In this document: positions 48,267 to 57,715 of the stretch, in pieces
Layout: every line of letters starts with the position of its first letter
Position numbering within the stretch: the first letter of the stretch is position 1
NCBI GenBank assembly: GCA_963677925.2
Contig: CAXXYH010000004.1
Location: 1,344,001 to 1,408,000 of the forward strand
Source of the DNA: Spirochaetia bacterium
GTDB lineage: Bacteria > Spirochaetota > Spirochaetia > UBA9216
Direction of reading: 5' to 3'
DNA length: 64,000 bases
The notes under the pieces: model-generated
Told to the model about the DNA's origin: nothing
What the model saw: the letters and a program-made list of their open reading frames with translations, nothing else
Databases searched by the model: none
Made by a program: the position numbers and the translations under genes

Positions 48267-50726
48267 TTAAATTTTTTCAATAAGAATCAGCTGTATTTCA
48301 TGAGGCTCAAGTTCCATATTTACAGTCAGACTTGTATTAGTGATGTTAATTGTCTGCATCTGGTAGAAAGGGCTGGAGTGCTGTTTCAGTATGTCGATAT
48401 CATCCCTGCTGTAAATTTCCTGTGAGAACATTCTTGTCCACATATCAAAACAGCTTCCGCTCTTTCTGTTTACCCTGTACCTTTTTTGTGTATATTCTCC
48501 ATTTATTATTTTCGAAAGATTAAGCCTTAGTTCAATATTTCGGGTCTGATGGAATGGTGTGTATCGTTCCGAAAACGTCATGTCGAATCTTTCGCCTTCT
48601 GCATACAGCTGGGAATAATGGGAATAATTATATGCAATAATCTGATAACCGGTTTCGCTTCCGGTTACCATATAGCACTCACCAGAATCTATAAGTTTGT
48701 TTCCCAATCTGCTTAGAAATGAAAGAGCGTAGTATGATGGTTTTTTTATACCGTTCTTTGTGAATAGACCAAGTCCGCCGTGAAATAATTTATCACCTGT
48801 CTCAAGATCCAGATTAAAATCTGATAGTATCCAGTATCCAAAACTGTCAAGCTTGTCATAATTTTTTACAATATTTCTAACTATATAAGCAGCTTTAAAA
48901 CATGTGTCGTTAAGAAGATCTACATTTGAGGTTGAGGAATTCCAGTCAGAGAGGTAGATTGGAATTGCAAAGGTTTTTTTTATGTTCAGCTGTTCCATTA
49001 TTTTGTTTATAAAAGTCTGCAGAGAGTCGGGGTTTTTATCAAGTAAAAATCTGGTTCTCTTTTCCGAGGCTTCAGCAATTACCGGAAAATATTTAAAAGT
49101 AAAAAAATCAGGCATACATTTATAGCGGTTAAAGAACTCGAGAAACTCGGATAATATCGGGGTGTCAATCATCATATAAGGCATCAGTGGAGACGGTCCG
49201 AATTTAATAGCAGTATTATGAGATTTAATAGCTTTGAATGTTGTAAGGTAAAGCTGCTTGTAACGGTCTTCTGTTTTGTGATTAATGAGAAGTTTATTTC
49301 TGTCATATTCTTCCTGAAGGCAGAACTTCCAGGAAGCTACTTCCTCTTTTCCGAATCTCCATTCGATATGCAGAAGGAATTCAGTAATAAACTGATACCA
49401 CTTATCAAGTGATGAGTTAATTACAGAAGGGTTTCTGAGTAGTTCTGATATGTAAGAAGTCTCTTTGAATTCTATACCCAGCTTTAAAAAAGGTTTCAGA
49501 TTAATTGAAAGTATAAATTCAAGAATCTTATCAATTCTGTTGAAATTGAACAAATATTCTTTGTCATCTGAAAGCAGGTATTGAGCAACTGACTTGTCAA
49601 ATAGACCATGAAAAAGAATGTATTCAAAACCGATGTCCCTCTGCATCTCTATCAGCATCTCCTGGATTTCAGCATAAAGAATTGCCCGGCCGTCCCCGAA
49701 TGAGAAAATCTTTTTAAAATTATGTGTAAGTTCGCGACAGCTTTTTTTTACATTAATTATTCCGCTTGTTATTGTGTCCCATTCAGTTTTTATCGGAAGC
49801 ATTGATGTGATGTCGGTGTTAAGGTATCTAGTGAGGTTTTTAAGATAATCACTTTTTTCTATCTGAGTATAGTCGATATTTTCTGACTTGTGTGCAAAAT
49901 GAAGATAATTGTTTTTCCTGTAAGTATTTGGATTATCGCCATATTCTTCCTTGAATACAGCAACAAAGGATCTCGCATTTGAAAAACCAGCTTCTTCAGC
50001 AATTTCTGATATATTCTTGTCGGTTGAAATAAGTTCATTAACTCCGTGAAGCAGGCGAATTTTATTAAGGTAATTTTTAAATGTCTGTCCCGTCTGTTCT
50101 TTAAAAAAACGGGAGAGATACGGTACGGATAAATTCTCTTTTTCTGCAAGTGATTCAAGTGATATGTAGGTTGAATAATTTGTATTGATATAATTAATTA
50201 TACGGTTGGTTCTGTCATATAATTTTAAGTCCGCAGCTGGTTCTTCTCTGCCGGTTATCCGGAAATTATTCATAAGTTCGTAAAGAAGTTCATATAGATA
50301 AGCCTTATTTATAATTTCAAGAAATTTACCATTCTCCGTATTTTTTTTAACGAGTTTTGCTATCAGAACTTTCAGATTATAGAAAATCATTTTATCGTGA
50401 TGTGCCGAAGAGTTGCAGTTGAATCTGGCATCTGCAGGAAATGGCGAATCAGGTGCATTGAAAAATGCAGAATTAATTTCGAGTTTTATAAGAACGCAGC
50501 CGCTGGATTGAAGTTCGTGAAGCTCATTTCTGTTTATTAGGTATACATCATCTTCATTAAGCATGTGGGTTTTATTGTTGCTGTAAATTGAAATTTTACC
50601 GGATAGGATAAACAGAAGTTCAATGCTGTCATGGCAATGCCTGAAAACATTTTTGAGCTTGTGCAGTGAGATTTTCATAAAACTTCCGCTGTTGTCATAA
50701 TTTGTTATATCATGCTGCACTCTCAT
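48267..50726 (-). CDS. AraC-family regulator fused to a probably inactive GH39-like domain
   Basis: Cupin HCHDSIE; AraC HTH LSVPYLSRFFK..IAEEAGFS; GH39 motifs IGFEYILFHGLF, LNDT, GYWILSD and FHGGLGL..GIKKP. Confidence 0.88.
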   Translation of the reverse strand: MRVQHDITNYDNSGSFMKISLHKLKNVFRHCHDSIELLFILSGKISIYSNNKTHMLNEDDVYLINRNELHELQSSGCVLIKLEINSAFFNAPDSPFPADARFNCNSSAHHDKMIFYNLKVLIAKLVKKNTENGKFLEIINKAYLYELLYELMNNFRITGREEPAADLKLYDRTNRIINYINTNYSTYISLESLAEKENLSVPYLSRFFKEQTGQTFKNYLNKIRLLHGVNELISTDKNISEIAEEAGFSNARSFVAVFKEEYGDNPNTYRKNNYLHFAHKSENIDYTQIEKSDYLKNLTRYLNTDITSMLPIKTEWDTITSGIINVKKSCRELTHNFKKIFSFGDGRAILYAEIQEMLIEMQRDIGFEYILFHGLFDKSVAQYLLSDDKEYLFNFNRIDKILEFILSINLKPFLKLGIEFKETSYISELLRNPSVINSSLDKWYQFITEFLLHIEWRFGKEEVASWKFCLQEEYDRNKLLINHKTEDRYKQLYLTTFKAIKSHNTAIKFGPSPLMPYMMIDTPILSEFLEFFNRYKCMPDFFTFKYFPVIAEASEKRTRFLLDKNPDSLQTFINKIMEQLNIKKTFAIPIYLSDWNSSTSNVDLLNDTCFKAAYIVRNIVKNYDKLDSFGYWILSDFNLDLETGDKLFHGGLGLFTKNGIKKPSYYALSFLSRLGNKLIDSGECYMVTGSETGYQIIAYNYSHYSQLYAEGERFDMTFSERYTPFHQTRNIELRLNLSKIINGEYTQKRYRVNRKSGSCFDMWTRMFSQEIYSRDDIDILKQHSSPFYQMQTINITNTSLTVNMELEPHEIQLILIEKI

Positions 50727-50791
50727 TATTATCCCCGCTTGTAAGTTAATTAACTACAGTATACATCAGGATTGCATATTAAGGTTTTTTA

Positions 50792-50860
50792 AAATATCAA
50801 AAAATTACATATAGCACAATAATTAGTTGCGTTGACGGCGGAAAATAGTCAGCGGATAAT
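50792..50860 (+). promoter_or_regulatory. Sigma70 promoter with upstream activator-type site (copy 1)
   Basis: TTGACG-N17-GATAAT preceded by aaatatcaaaaaattaca..taattagttgcg; same layout at 52372-52440. Confidence 0.7.
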
Positions 50861-50897
50861 TTCTGAAAACTTTTAGAAGTAATATTTGGAGGGTTCG

Positions 50898-52262
50898 ATG
50901 GAACTATTGGGTCTTGTCGGTATAATTATCGGTATCGTACTTTTTCTTGTCCTGGCGTATAAAGGATGGTCTACTCTGTGGGTAGCGCCGGTCTGTGCTG
51001 TCATTGTTGCAATATTTAATCAGCTGAATCCGGTTACAGCAATAGCAAGTAATTACGTGAGTGGAATGACAGATGTAATTATTAGTCTATTCTCTCTGAT
51101 TTTTATGGGGGCGGTATTCGGTAAAGTATATGCAGAAACCGGTGCGGCCTCATCAATTGCGGTCACTCTTGTAAATAAATTTGTATTGCCCAGAAAGGGT
51201 GAAGGTCAGGTGAAGGCTGCAGTTTTTGTTATCCTTATAGTAAGTGCGATCTTTACTTTCGGCGGAGTGGATGCTTTTGTTGTTGTATTTACACTATTCC
51301 CGATAATAATGGTTGTAGCTGAAAAGACTGATATACCGAGAAAGTTCGTGCCGGCACTGCTATGCCTGGGTGCGCCTTTTATTGCTGCTCCGGGAGCGCC
51401 TCAGCATAATAATATTATGGTTATGCAGGCCTTAAAGGCTCAGGGTATTGAAATATTGCCTACCGCCGGTCTTATTCCCGGGTTTGTTGCAGTAATAATT
51501 ATTGCTGTATTGAGCTATTTTACTGTAGTACGGTTAATTATTAAATCAAAAGCGAAGGGAGATAAGTTTGAGATGGGAGAAGCCTACTGCCCTCCTGTTG
51601 AAAATAGAGAACTTCCCAATTTCTGGGTCGCATTGATACCTCTGCTTGTAGTCTTTATTTTATTTCTTGTATTTCATGAAGTTTTAATTGCTCTGGGTGC
51701 AGGAATAATACTTGCAATAATTCTGATGTTTAAATATATGGTTTCACGAGGTGACGGCTGCAGTGAAATAACTCTCGGAAAAGCAATTATAAATTCCATT
51801 AACAGCGGTGCAGGGGAATATCCTAATGCGCTTATCTCTATAGTAACACCATCAGGACTTGCTGCTGTAATTGCTTCTACCGCAGCCTTTGGAATGGTTA
51901 TTGGATTCTTCTACGGTATGCAGGTACATTATATGATCGCAGCAATTATCGTAATCAGCATAGTTGTTGCTTTAACTTCATCTCCGCCCGCAGCTATTTT
52001 TATATCGATTCCGATTATTATGGGAATTGTAGGGCAAAGCGGAATGATTCCTAATATTCCCGGAATTGCACGTGTTGTCGCCCTTGCTTCCACTACATTT
52101 GAAACACTGCCTGCTAACGGATTTGTCCTTCTGATACTTGGTCTATCAAAGATTAAGCATAAGGAAGGATATCTGCCGGTTTTTCTTATGACAGTTGCCT
52201 ATACCCTTGTCGGTACTGTTATTGCAGCTGTGATGTTCATGCTGTTTCCCGGACTGGGCTGA
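50898..52262 (+). CDS. GntP-family permease
   Basis: YKGWS..APV, GAVFGKVY..GAA.SIA, FGGVDAFVVVF, PGAPQ and ETLPANG; GGAGG RBS before ATG 50898. Confidence 0.87.
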   Translation: MELLGLVGIIIGIVLFLVLAYKGWSTLWVAPVCAVIVAIFNQLNPVTAIASNYVSGMTDVIISLFSLIFMGAVFGKVYAETGAASSIAVTLVNKFVLPRKGEGQVKAAVFVILIVSAIFTFGGVDAFVVVFTLFPIIMVVAEKTDIPRKFVPALLCLGAPFIAAPGAPQHNNIMVMQALKAQGIEILPTAGLIPGFVAVIIIAVLSYFTVVRLIIKSKAKGDKFEMGEAYCPPVENRELPNFWVALIPLLVVFILFLVFHEVLIALGAGIILAIILMFKYMVSRGDGCSEITLGKAIINSINSGAGEYPNALISIVTPSGLAAVIASTAAFGMVIGFFYGMQVHYMIAAIIVISIVVALTSSPPAAIFISIPIIMGIVGQSGMIPNIPGIARVVALASTTFETLPANGFVLLILGLSKIKHKEGYLPVFLMTVAYTLVGTVIAAVMFMLFPGLG

Positions 52263-52371
52263 ATCAAAATGAGATAAAAGCAGAAGCGCCCGCTTTGATA
52301 ATCCAGGCGGGCTGCTTTCTATAAGATAAAAAATTACAGTTAGAATAAACATAACTGTTGGAAATTATACC

Positions 52372-52440
52372 AAATAACAAAAAGATACAGTTTTTAGTGT
52401 AATAAGTTGCGTTGACGGCTGGAAAAAGCCGGAACATAAT
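52372..52440 (+). promoter_or_regulatory. Sigma70 promoter with upstream activator-type site (copy 2)
   Basis: TTGACG-N17-CATAAT preceded by aaataacaaaaagataca..taataagttgcg. Confidence 0.7.
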
Positions 52441-52530
52441 CTTAAAACCTTATTTCTAATAAAAGTAAAAAACTAACAGTTAAACATGCTGAGTGTTAAA
52501 AATTAATTTTTGAATCTTGGAGGATAAAAT

Positions 52531-52875
52531 ATGAAAAAAAGACAAGTTGAAGAGTGCAGTACTTATGATGCTCCGGGACATTTTAAAATGACAGCCATGA
52601 GGCTTCACGGAAAAGATGAATCAAATGCTCAAAAGTTCTGGATGGGACTGAGTCATTTTCTTCCTGGAGGTGGAGCCGATTATGCATATGAAGATTCACC
52701 AACCGAAAAAATCTATTATGTACTTGAGGGTGAGCTGACAGTATACACAAAAGACAAAAAAGAAAAGATTGTACTTAAAAAAAATGATTCAATCTTCATC
52801 GGTCCTAATGAAGGACGTTCACTTATTAACGAAACAAATTTCCCGGCTTCAATGCTGGTTATCGTTAATTACTAG
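52531..52875 (+). CDS. Cupin-domain protein
   Basis: YDAPGH, GLSHFLPGGG, EKIYYVLEGEL and DSIFIGPNEGR. Confidence 0.85.
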   Translation: MKKRQVEECSTYDAPGHFKMTAMRLHGKDESNAQKFWMGLSHFLPGGGADYAYEDSPTEKIYYVLEGELTVYTKDKKEKIVLKKNDSIFIGPNEGRSLINETNFPASMLVIVNY

Positions 52876-52892
52876 GTTTCAGGAGTAGTTTG

Positions 52893-53678
52893 ATGACAAC
52901 AGATTTTGTAACTAATTTATTCGATGTAAAAAATAAAGTCGCTGTAATTACCGGTGCTACCGGAGCTCTGGGCCGTGCAATTGCATTCGGCTACGGTCAT
53001 GCCGGTATGAAAGTTTTTGTAACCGGTCGAAATGAATCTAAAAATAAAGGTCTTTGTGATGAATTAAAAAGTGCCGGTATAGAATGCGCTTCTGAGGCTG
53101 GAGATCCTGCAAAAGAAGAAGATGTAATAAAGATTGTTAACTCAGCAGTTAAGACATTCGGAGAGATAAATGTACTTGTAACGGCAGCAGGATATAATCA
53201 TCCCCAGCCGATAGTTGAGCAGGATTTATCGGAGTGGAAAAAAATTATGGACTCCGATGTTCAGGGTACTTGGCTATTCTGTAAATATGCAGGGAAGCAG
53301 ATGATAGAGCAGGGAAAGGGCGGAAAGGTTATTCTTGTGTCCTCTGCAAGGTCGAAAATGGGAATGGCTAATTATACCGGCTATTGTACAGCAAAAGCAG
53401 GAATCGATTTGATGGCACAGTCTCTTGCCTGTGAATGGACTGCCAAATATAAAATTAATGTGAACACCATCAACCCGACAGTCTTCAGATCAGAACTTAC
53501 AGAATGGATGTTTGATCCTGAAAGTGAGGTCTATAAAAACTTTCTAAAAAGACTTCCTGTCGGAAGACTGGGCGAACCCGAAGATTTTGTCGGCCCGTGC
53601 ATTTTTCTTGCATCAAAATCAAGTGATTTTATGACCGGGGCTAATATAGCTACTGACGGCGGATACTGGGCTAACTAG
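52893..53678 (+). CDS. SDR oxidoreductase, probable phloroglucinol reductase
   Basis: TGATGALG, SSAR, YCTAK and GRLGEPEDF; neighbours include a phloretin hydrolase-like gene, a cyclase and a BKACE. Confidence 0.75.
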   Translation: MTTDFVTNLFDVKNKVAVITGATGALGRAIAFGYGHAGMKVFVTGRNESKNKGLCDELKSAGIECASEAGDPAKEEDVIKIVNSAVKTFGEINVLVTAAGYNHPQPIVEQDLSEWKKIMDSDVQGTWLFCKYAGKQMIEQGKGGKVILVSSARSKMGMANYTGYCTAKAGIDLMAQSLACEWTAKYKINVNTINPTVFRSELTEWMFDPESEVYKNFLKRLPVGRLGEPEDFVGPCIFLASKSSDFMTGANIATDGGYWAN

Positions 53679-53680
53679 GT

Positions 53681-54634
53681 ATGATGATTTCAGATATAAA
53701 GAAAATTACAATCCTCGGGGCTGGCATGATGGGTCCCGGGCTCGCACAGATTTTTGCATCAAAGGGTTATTCGGTTACAGTCTGGGCCCGTCGTGCTGAA
53801 GTCCTTCCGGGAGTTGTTGATCAAATAGAAGGCAATCTATCTCTTATGGCGGACAATGGAATAGGCAGTCATGAGAGCATAGCGTCTATTATTTCAAAAG
53901 TGACAACAACTGATGATTTTGAGAAAGCAGTGGTTGATGCAGATTTCGTTATTGAAGCCATTGGAGAGAAGCTGGAACTTAAACAGGAATTTTTTCAAAA
54001 GCTTGATAAGCTCTGCAAACCTGAAACTGTTCTTGCCACCAATACTTCTGTAATCAGTATTACGGAAATTGCTTCGACATCAGAAAAAAGGGATCGGATT
54101 ATAGGAACTCACTTCTGGAATCCCCCTTACCTTATTCCGCTGGTAGAAGTTGTTCCTGCTTCTGACACTTCAGATGAGACTGTGCAGATTACAATGGAAC
54201 TTCTTTCAGAATGCGGAAGAAAACCAATTCATGTTAAAAAAGATGTTCCGGGTTTTGTAGCAAATAGACTGCAGCATGCGCTATGGCGCGAGGCGATATC
54301 AATCGTTGAGAGGGGAATAGCTGATCCTAAAACCGTAGATGATGCAATTCGGTACAGTTTTGGTTTCAGACTTCCAATCCTGGCTCCAATTGAAAACTCC
54401 GACATGGTTGGAACAGAATTAACCTGGAATATTCACAGCTACATATTAAAGCATATTGAGAGCTCTACAGAACCGTCTCCACTGCTGAAGGATATGATAG
54501 ATAAAGGTACAATCGGTTTTAAATCAGGGAAAGGGTTTTACGATTGGGATGACGAGAAAATTGCTGCTTCTAAAAGAGCTCTCCAGGAGTATCTGATTAA
54601 GCAGCAGGGAACAAATGAAAAGGATTATTTTTAA
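53681..54634 (+). CDS. 3-hydroxyacyl-CoA dehydrogenase-family protein (candidate 3-hydroxy-5-oxohexanoate dehydrogenase)
   Basis: GAGMMG, ATNTS, GTHFWNPP..LVE, PGFVANRLQ and KSGKGFY. Confidence 0.85.
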   Translation: MMISDIKKITILGAGMMGPGLAQIFASKGYSVTVWARRAEVLPGVVDQIEGNLSLMADNGIGSHESIASIISKVTTTDDFEKAVVDADFVIEAIGEKLELKQEFFQKLDKLCKPETVLATNTSVISITEIASTSEKRDRIIGTHFWNPPYLIPLVEVVPASDTSDETVQITMELLSECGRKPIHVKKDVPGFVANRLQHALWREAISIVERGIADPKTVDDAIRYSFGFRLPILAPIENSDMVGTELTWNIHSYILKHIESSTEPSPLLKDMIDKGTIGFKSGKGFYDWDDEKIAASKRALQEYLIKQQGTNEKDYF

Positions 54635-54703
54635 GTAAAGGCGGAGGGTAAGTTTTACCCTCATTTTAATGATTAATTTTTTTAAATTATTTGGAGTAAT
54701 ATT

Positions 54704-55642
54704 ATGGGAAAAAAAATATTTGTAGATTTAACACATCCGTTCAGTGCAGAAATACCAAGGTGGCCTTATTTTGATAAGCCTGTAATTGATAATAATCATA
54801 CAATGGCAAAGGGTGGAGTCCTTACTCAGAAGATAACATGTACCATGCATACCGGAACTCATGCAGATGCACCGCGGCATGTAATGGAAAGAGAGTTCGA
54901 CGGCAGAAGAGCCCGCTACACACATGAAATGCCTGTTGATGCTTATACAGGCGATGCTGTATGTCTTCCGATCGAAATTGAGAGATGGGGCCTTATAGGA
55001 CCTAAGCACCTTGAAGCGGCATGTGAGAAAGTCGGAATTAAGCCTGCAGAACTGGAAGGAATGGTTGTATGCCTGAATACCGGGATGCATCGAAAGTTTG
55101 ATGATTCAAAAGAATATTATCATTACGCATGCGGAACCGGAGTTGAAGCCGGCAAGTGGTTTGTTAAGCATAAGGTTAAATGCGTAGCAAATGATACTCA
55201 GGCCCTTGATCATCCTCTGCATACTGCAATGGGTAATAATGGAATGACAAAGATGAATCTTATAGGAGCATCCGGAAAACCGATTACTGAAGAATACATC
55301 GAACAGTTCGGTGAAGAAGCTTATGCCGAGTTTGACAAATTCACATATATAAAAGTTCACGGTCAGGAAGCTTATGATGCAAAGTACGGCGACCTTGAAG
55401 CTATTGGATGCTGGGGAACATGGGAGCCATGTCACAAGCAGATGCTGGGACACGGAATTGTCGGTGTTGAAAATCTAGGCGGAGATCTCGATAAAGTTAG
55501 CGGAAAAAGATTCCGTTTCTACTGCTTTCCTCTTCGATGGTATCTTGGTGACGGCTCAATGGTTAGATGTGTCGCAGAAATCGACGAGGCTGATCTAAAT
55601 GATGTTCCTGACAGGGTATATACCTACGGCGGAAATATTTAA
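54704..55642 (+). CDS. Cyclase (kynurenine formamidase-like) metallohydrolase, candidate dihydrophloroglucinol ring hydrolase
   Basis: DLTHP, HTGTHADAP, VENL and GDGS motifs. Confidence 0.85.
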   Translation: MGKKIFVDLTHPFSAEIPRWPYFDKPVIDNNHTMAKGGVLTQKITCTMHTGTHADAPRHVMEREFDGRRARYTHEMPVDAYTGDAVCLPIEIERWGLIGPKHLEAACEKVGIKPAELEGMVVCLNTGMHRKFDDSKEYYHYACGTGVEAGKWFVKHKVKCVANDTQALDHPLHTAMGNNGMTKMNLIGASGKPITEEYIEQFGEEAYAEFDKFTYIKVHGQEAYDAKYGDLEAIGCWGTWEPCHKQMLGHGIVGVENLGGDLDKVSGKRFRFYCFPLRWYLGDGSMVRCVAEIDEADLNDVPDRVYTYGGNI

Positions 55643-55653
55643 CGGGGATAATT

Positions 55654-56496
55654 ATGGGTGATTTGGATAATAAAGTAATACTTACAGTTGCGCACACTGG
55701 TGCGTGGCCTACAAAAAATGAAAACCCTAATGTGCCTCTTCAGCCGCAGGAAATTGCAGATGATGTCTATGCATGCTGGAAAGCCGGTGCATCGGTTTCA
55801 CATATCCATGTGAGGGATGATAATGATAAATCATCAATGAGTTTTGAAAAGTTTAAGGAAACCGTTGAGCTCATAAGAGCCACTGATTGTGACATTGTTA
55901 TCAACCTCACAACTTCCGGACAGCTTGGTCTGACTGATGAAGAGAGGATGGTTCATATAAAAGAACTGAAGCCGGAGATGGCTTCGTATGACTGCGGTTC
56001 AATGAACTGGCTGAATACCTCAGTTTTTGAAAACAGTCCAAGGTTTCTTGAAAAGCTCGGTGCTACCATGCAGGAATATAACATTAAGCCTGAAATTGAA
56101 ATATTTGATGTCGGAATGCTGTCAAATGCTCTTTATTATCTGAAGAAGGGTATATTAAAAGCTCCGCTGCATTTTCAGCTTTGTATGGGTGCGGCCGGAG
56201 GAATGCCGGCAACAGTTGAGAATCTGGTTTATCTTCACGGTTTGCTCCCTGAAGGTTGTACCTGGGGTGGCTTTGGAATCGGCAAGGGGCATATGCCTCT
56301 GCTGTATACAACAATCGCTCTCGGCGGTCATGTCCGGGTAGGATTTGAAGATAATGTTCTATACCAGAAGGGAGTTCCGGCTGAATCGAATGTTCAGTTT
56401 GTCGAAAGAGCAAAAAGACTTATAACCGAATTTGGAAAAGAAGTTGCAACTCCTGATGAGGCACGGCAGATTCTCGGGCTGAATAAAGCTGAATGA
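55654..56496 (+). CDS. Beta-keto acid cleavage enzyme (BKACE/Kce family)
   Basis: TVAHTG, AGASVSHIHVR, CGSMN, KPEIEIFD, HVRVGFEDN and ATPDEAR. Confidence 0.92.
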   Translation: MGDLDNKVILTVAHTGAWPTKNENPNVPLQPQEIADDVYACWKAGASVSHIHVRDDNDKSSMSFEKFKETVELIRATDCDIVINLTTSGQLGLTDEERMVHIKELKPEMASYDCGSMNWLNTSVFENSPRFLEKLGATMQEYNIKPEIEIFDVGMLSNALYYLKKGILKAPLHFQLCMGAAGGMPATVENLVYLHGLLPEGCTWGGFGIGKGHMPLLYTTIALGGHVRVGFEDNVLYQKGVPAESNVQFVERAKRLITEFGKEVATPDEARQILGLNKAE

Positions 56497-56600
56497 CATT
56501 GAATAAAACAAAAGTAATGGAATTTTAATACCGAATCTGAGCAGCTCTCCTGGAGAGTCAATGTCTTTGGGGAGCTGCTGTTCTTATCAAAGGAGTAATT

Positions 56601-57422
56601 ATGGCAATGGTTAATCAGGGTTTGGTCCCTGTTACTGAACAGGATAAAGAAAAAACATATTTTAAATATTTTAACGAGGAAATGGCTGAGGCTCCTAAGG
56701 AAAAATACCAGGAAGTATTAATGGGCCCTGTTGATCCCCGGAGGGCATTAAAATTCAAGGATAGAAATGACTTGTTTAATCCGGGATATCTGGATGTTGA
56801 AGTCGGATACTGTGTTATGGAAGACGGTACCGGTTTTGTTGCAAATCATACAATGATGCTCGGTGTAACGGTAGAGATGTTTGACTGGTGGTTCGCCTGG
56901 CATGGACTTGATAATCTTCGATACTCCATCTGGAATCATGAAGATCATTATCAGGCAGAATCGATGCAGAAAGTCAGGGCGCATGATCCTGAATTAAGTA
57001 TTAAAGAAAAATACTGGGATACTACACATCACGTAATAGAAGATGTGGGTATGGGGCCTGAACACCTGAGTATCAATTTTAAATATCCGGGGGACCTTGG
57101 ATTTGATATGACTAAATACGGTACAGCAGCCTGCGGTACAATAGTGTGCGCAAAGGGTAACGGTATTGGTCATCCTCCATTCGCAAGTCCCGGTACTATC
57201 ATGTGTCATTTTATCAGAGAAATAGATGGTGGCGTTGAGCTTAGAACCAGATTCTGGATGGGGTGGACATTCGAAAACGGCAGAGATGTAAAAGCTCTTC
57301 CGGACGGATTCAGAATGCCGCCGATGGGTCCTATGGCTCTTCTTCTTCATAATATAAAAGAGTTTACCAATCTGGCATCACTGCTTCCCAGAGTTTACAC
57401 TGAGGAAAAAAATAACTTTTAG
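56601..57422 (+). CDS. Phloretin hydrolase / DAPG hydrolase (PhlG) family C-C hydrolase
   Basis: GVTVEMFDWWFAWH..LRYSIW..DH, HHVIEDVG, ELRTRFW and HNIKEFTNLASLLP. Confidence 0.88.
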   Translation: MAMVNQGLVPVTEQDKEKTYFKYFNEEMAEAPKEKYQEVLMGPVDPRRALKFKDRNDLFNPGYLDVEVGYCVMEDGTGFVANHTMMLGVTVEMFDWWFAWHGLDNLRYSIWNHEDHYQAESMQKVRAHDPELSIKEKYWDTTHHVIEDVGMGPEHLSINFKYPGDLGFDMTKYGTAACGTIVCAKGNGIGHPPFASPGTIMCHFIREIDGGVELRTRFWMGWTFENGRDVKALPDGFRMPPMGPMALLLHNIKEFTNLASLLPRVYTEEKNNF

Positions 57423-57443
57423 AAAGACAAGGAGAACTGCTGC

Positions 57444-57683
57444 ATGGCAAACCATAAAATAAATTTTAATCCTTCAACCTGCATAGGCTGCAAGGTCTGC
57501 TACAAATCATGCTTTGTTGACGTCATACGCTGGGATGAGAATAAAAAATTGCCAGTATTCAAGTATGTTGAAGACTGCGTTCATTGCACCTATTGTGAAG
57601 CTTTATGCCCTAAAGACTGTATTGAAGTAGTTATAGATTTTGAGGGCGAAAGAGTCTATCAGAATTTTGATGCATACCGATAG
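57444..57683 (+). CDS. 2[4Fe-4S] ferredoxin (AprB-like small subunit)
   Basis: CIGCKVCYKSC..DVI and CVHCTYCEALCP; AGGAG RBS. Confidence 0.9.
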   Translation: MANHKINFNPSTCIGCKVCYKSCFVDVIRWDENKKLPVFKYVEDCVHCTYCEALCPKDCIEVVIDFEGERVYQNFDAYR

Positions 57684-57715
57684 GATAGCCAATAGGAAAT
57701 TGGAGAGTAAATAAT

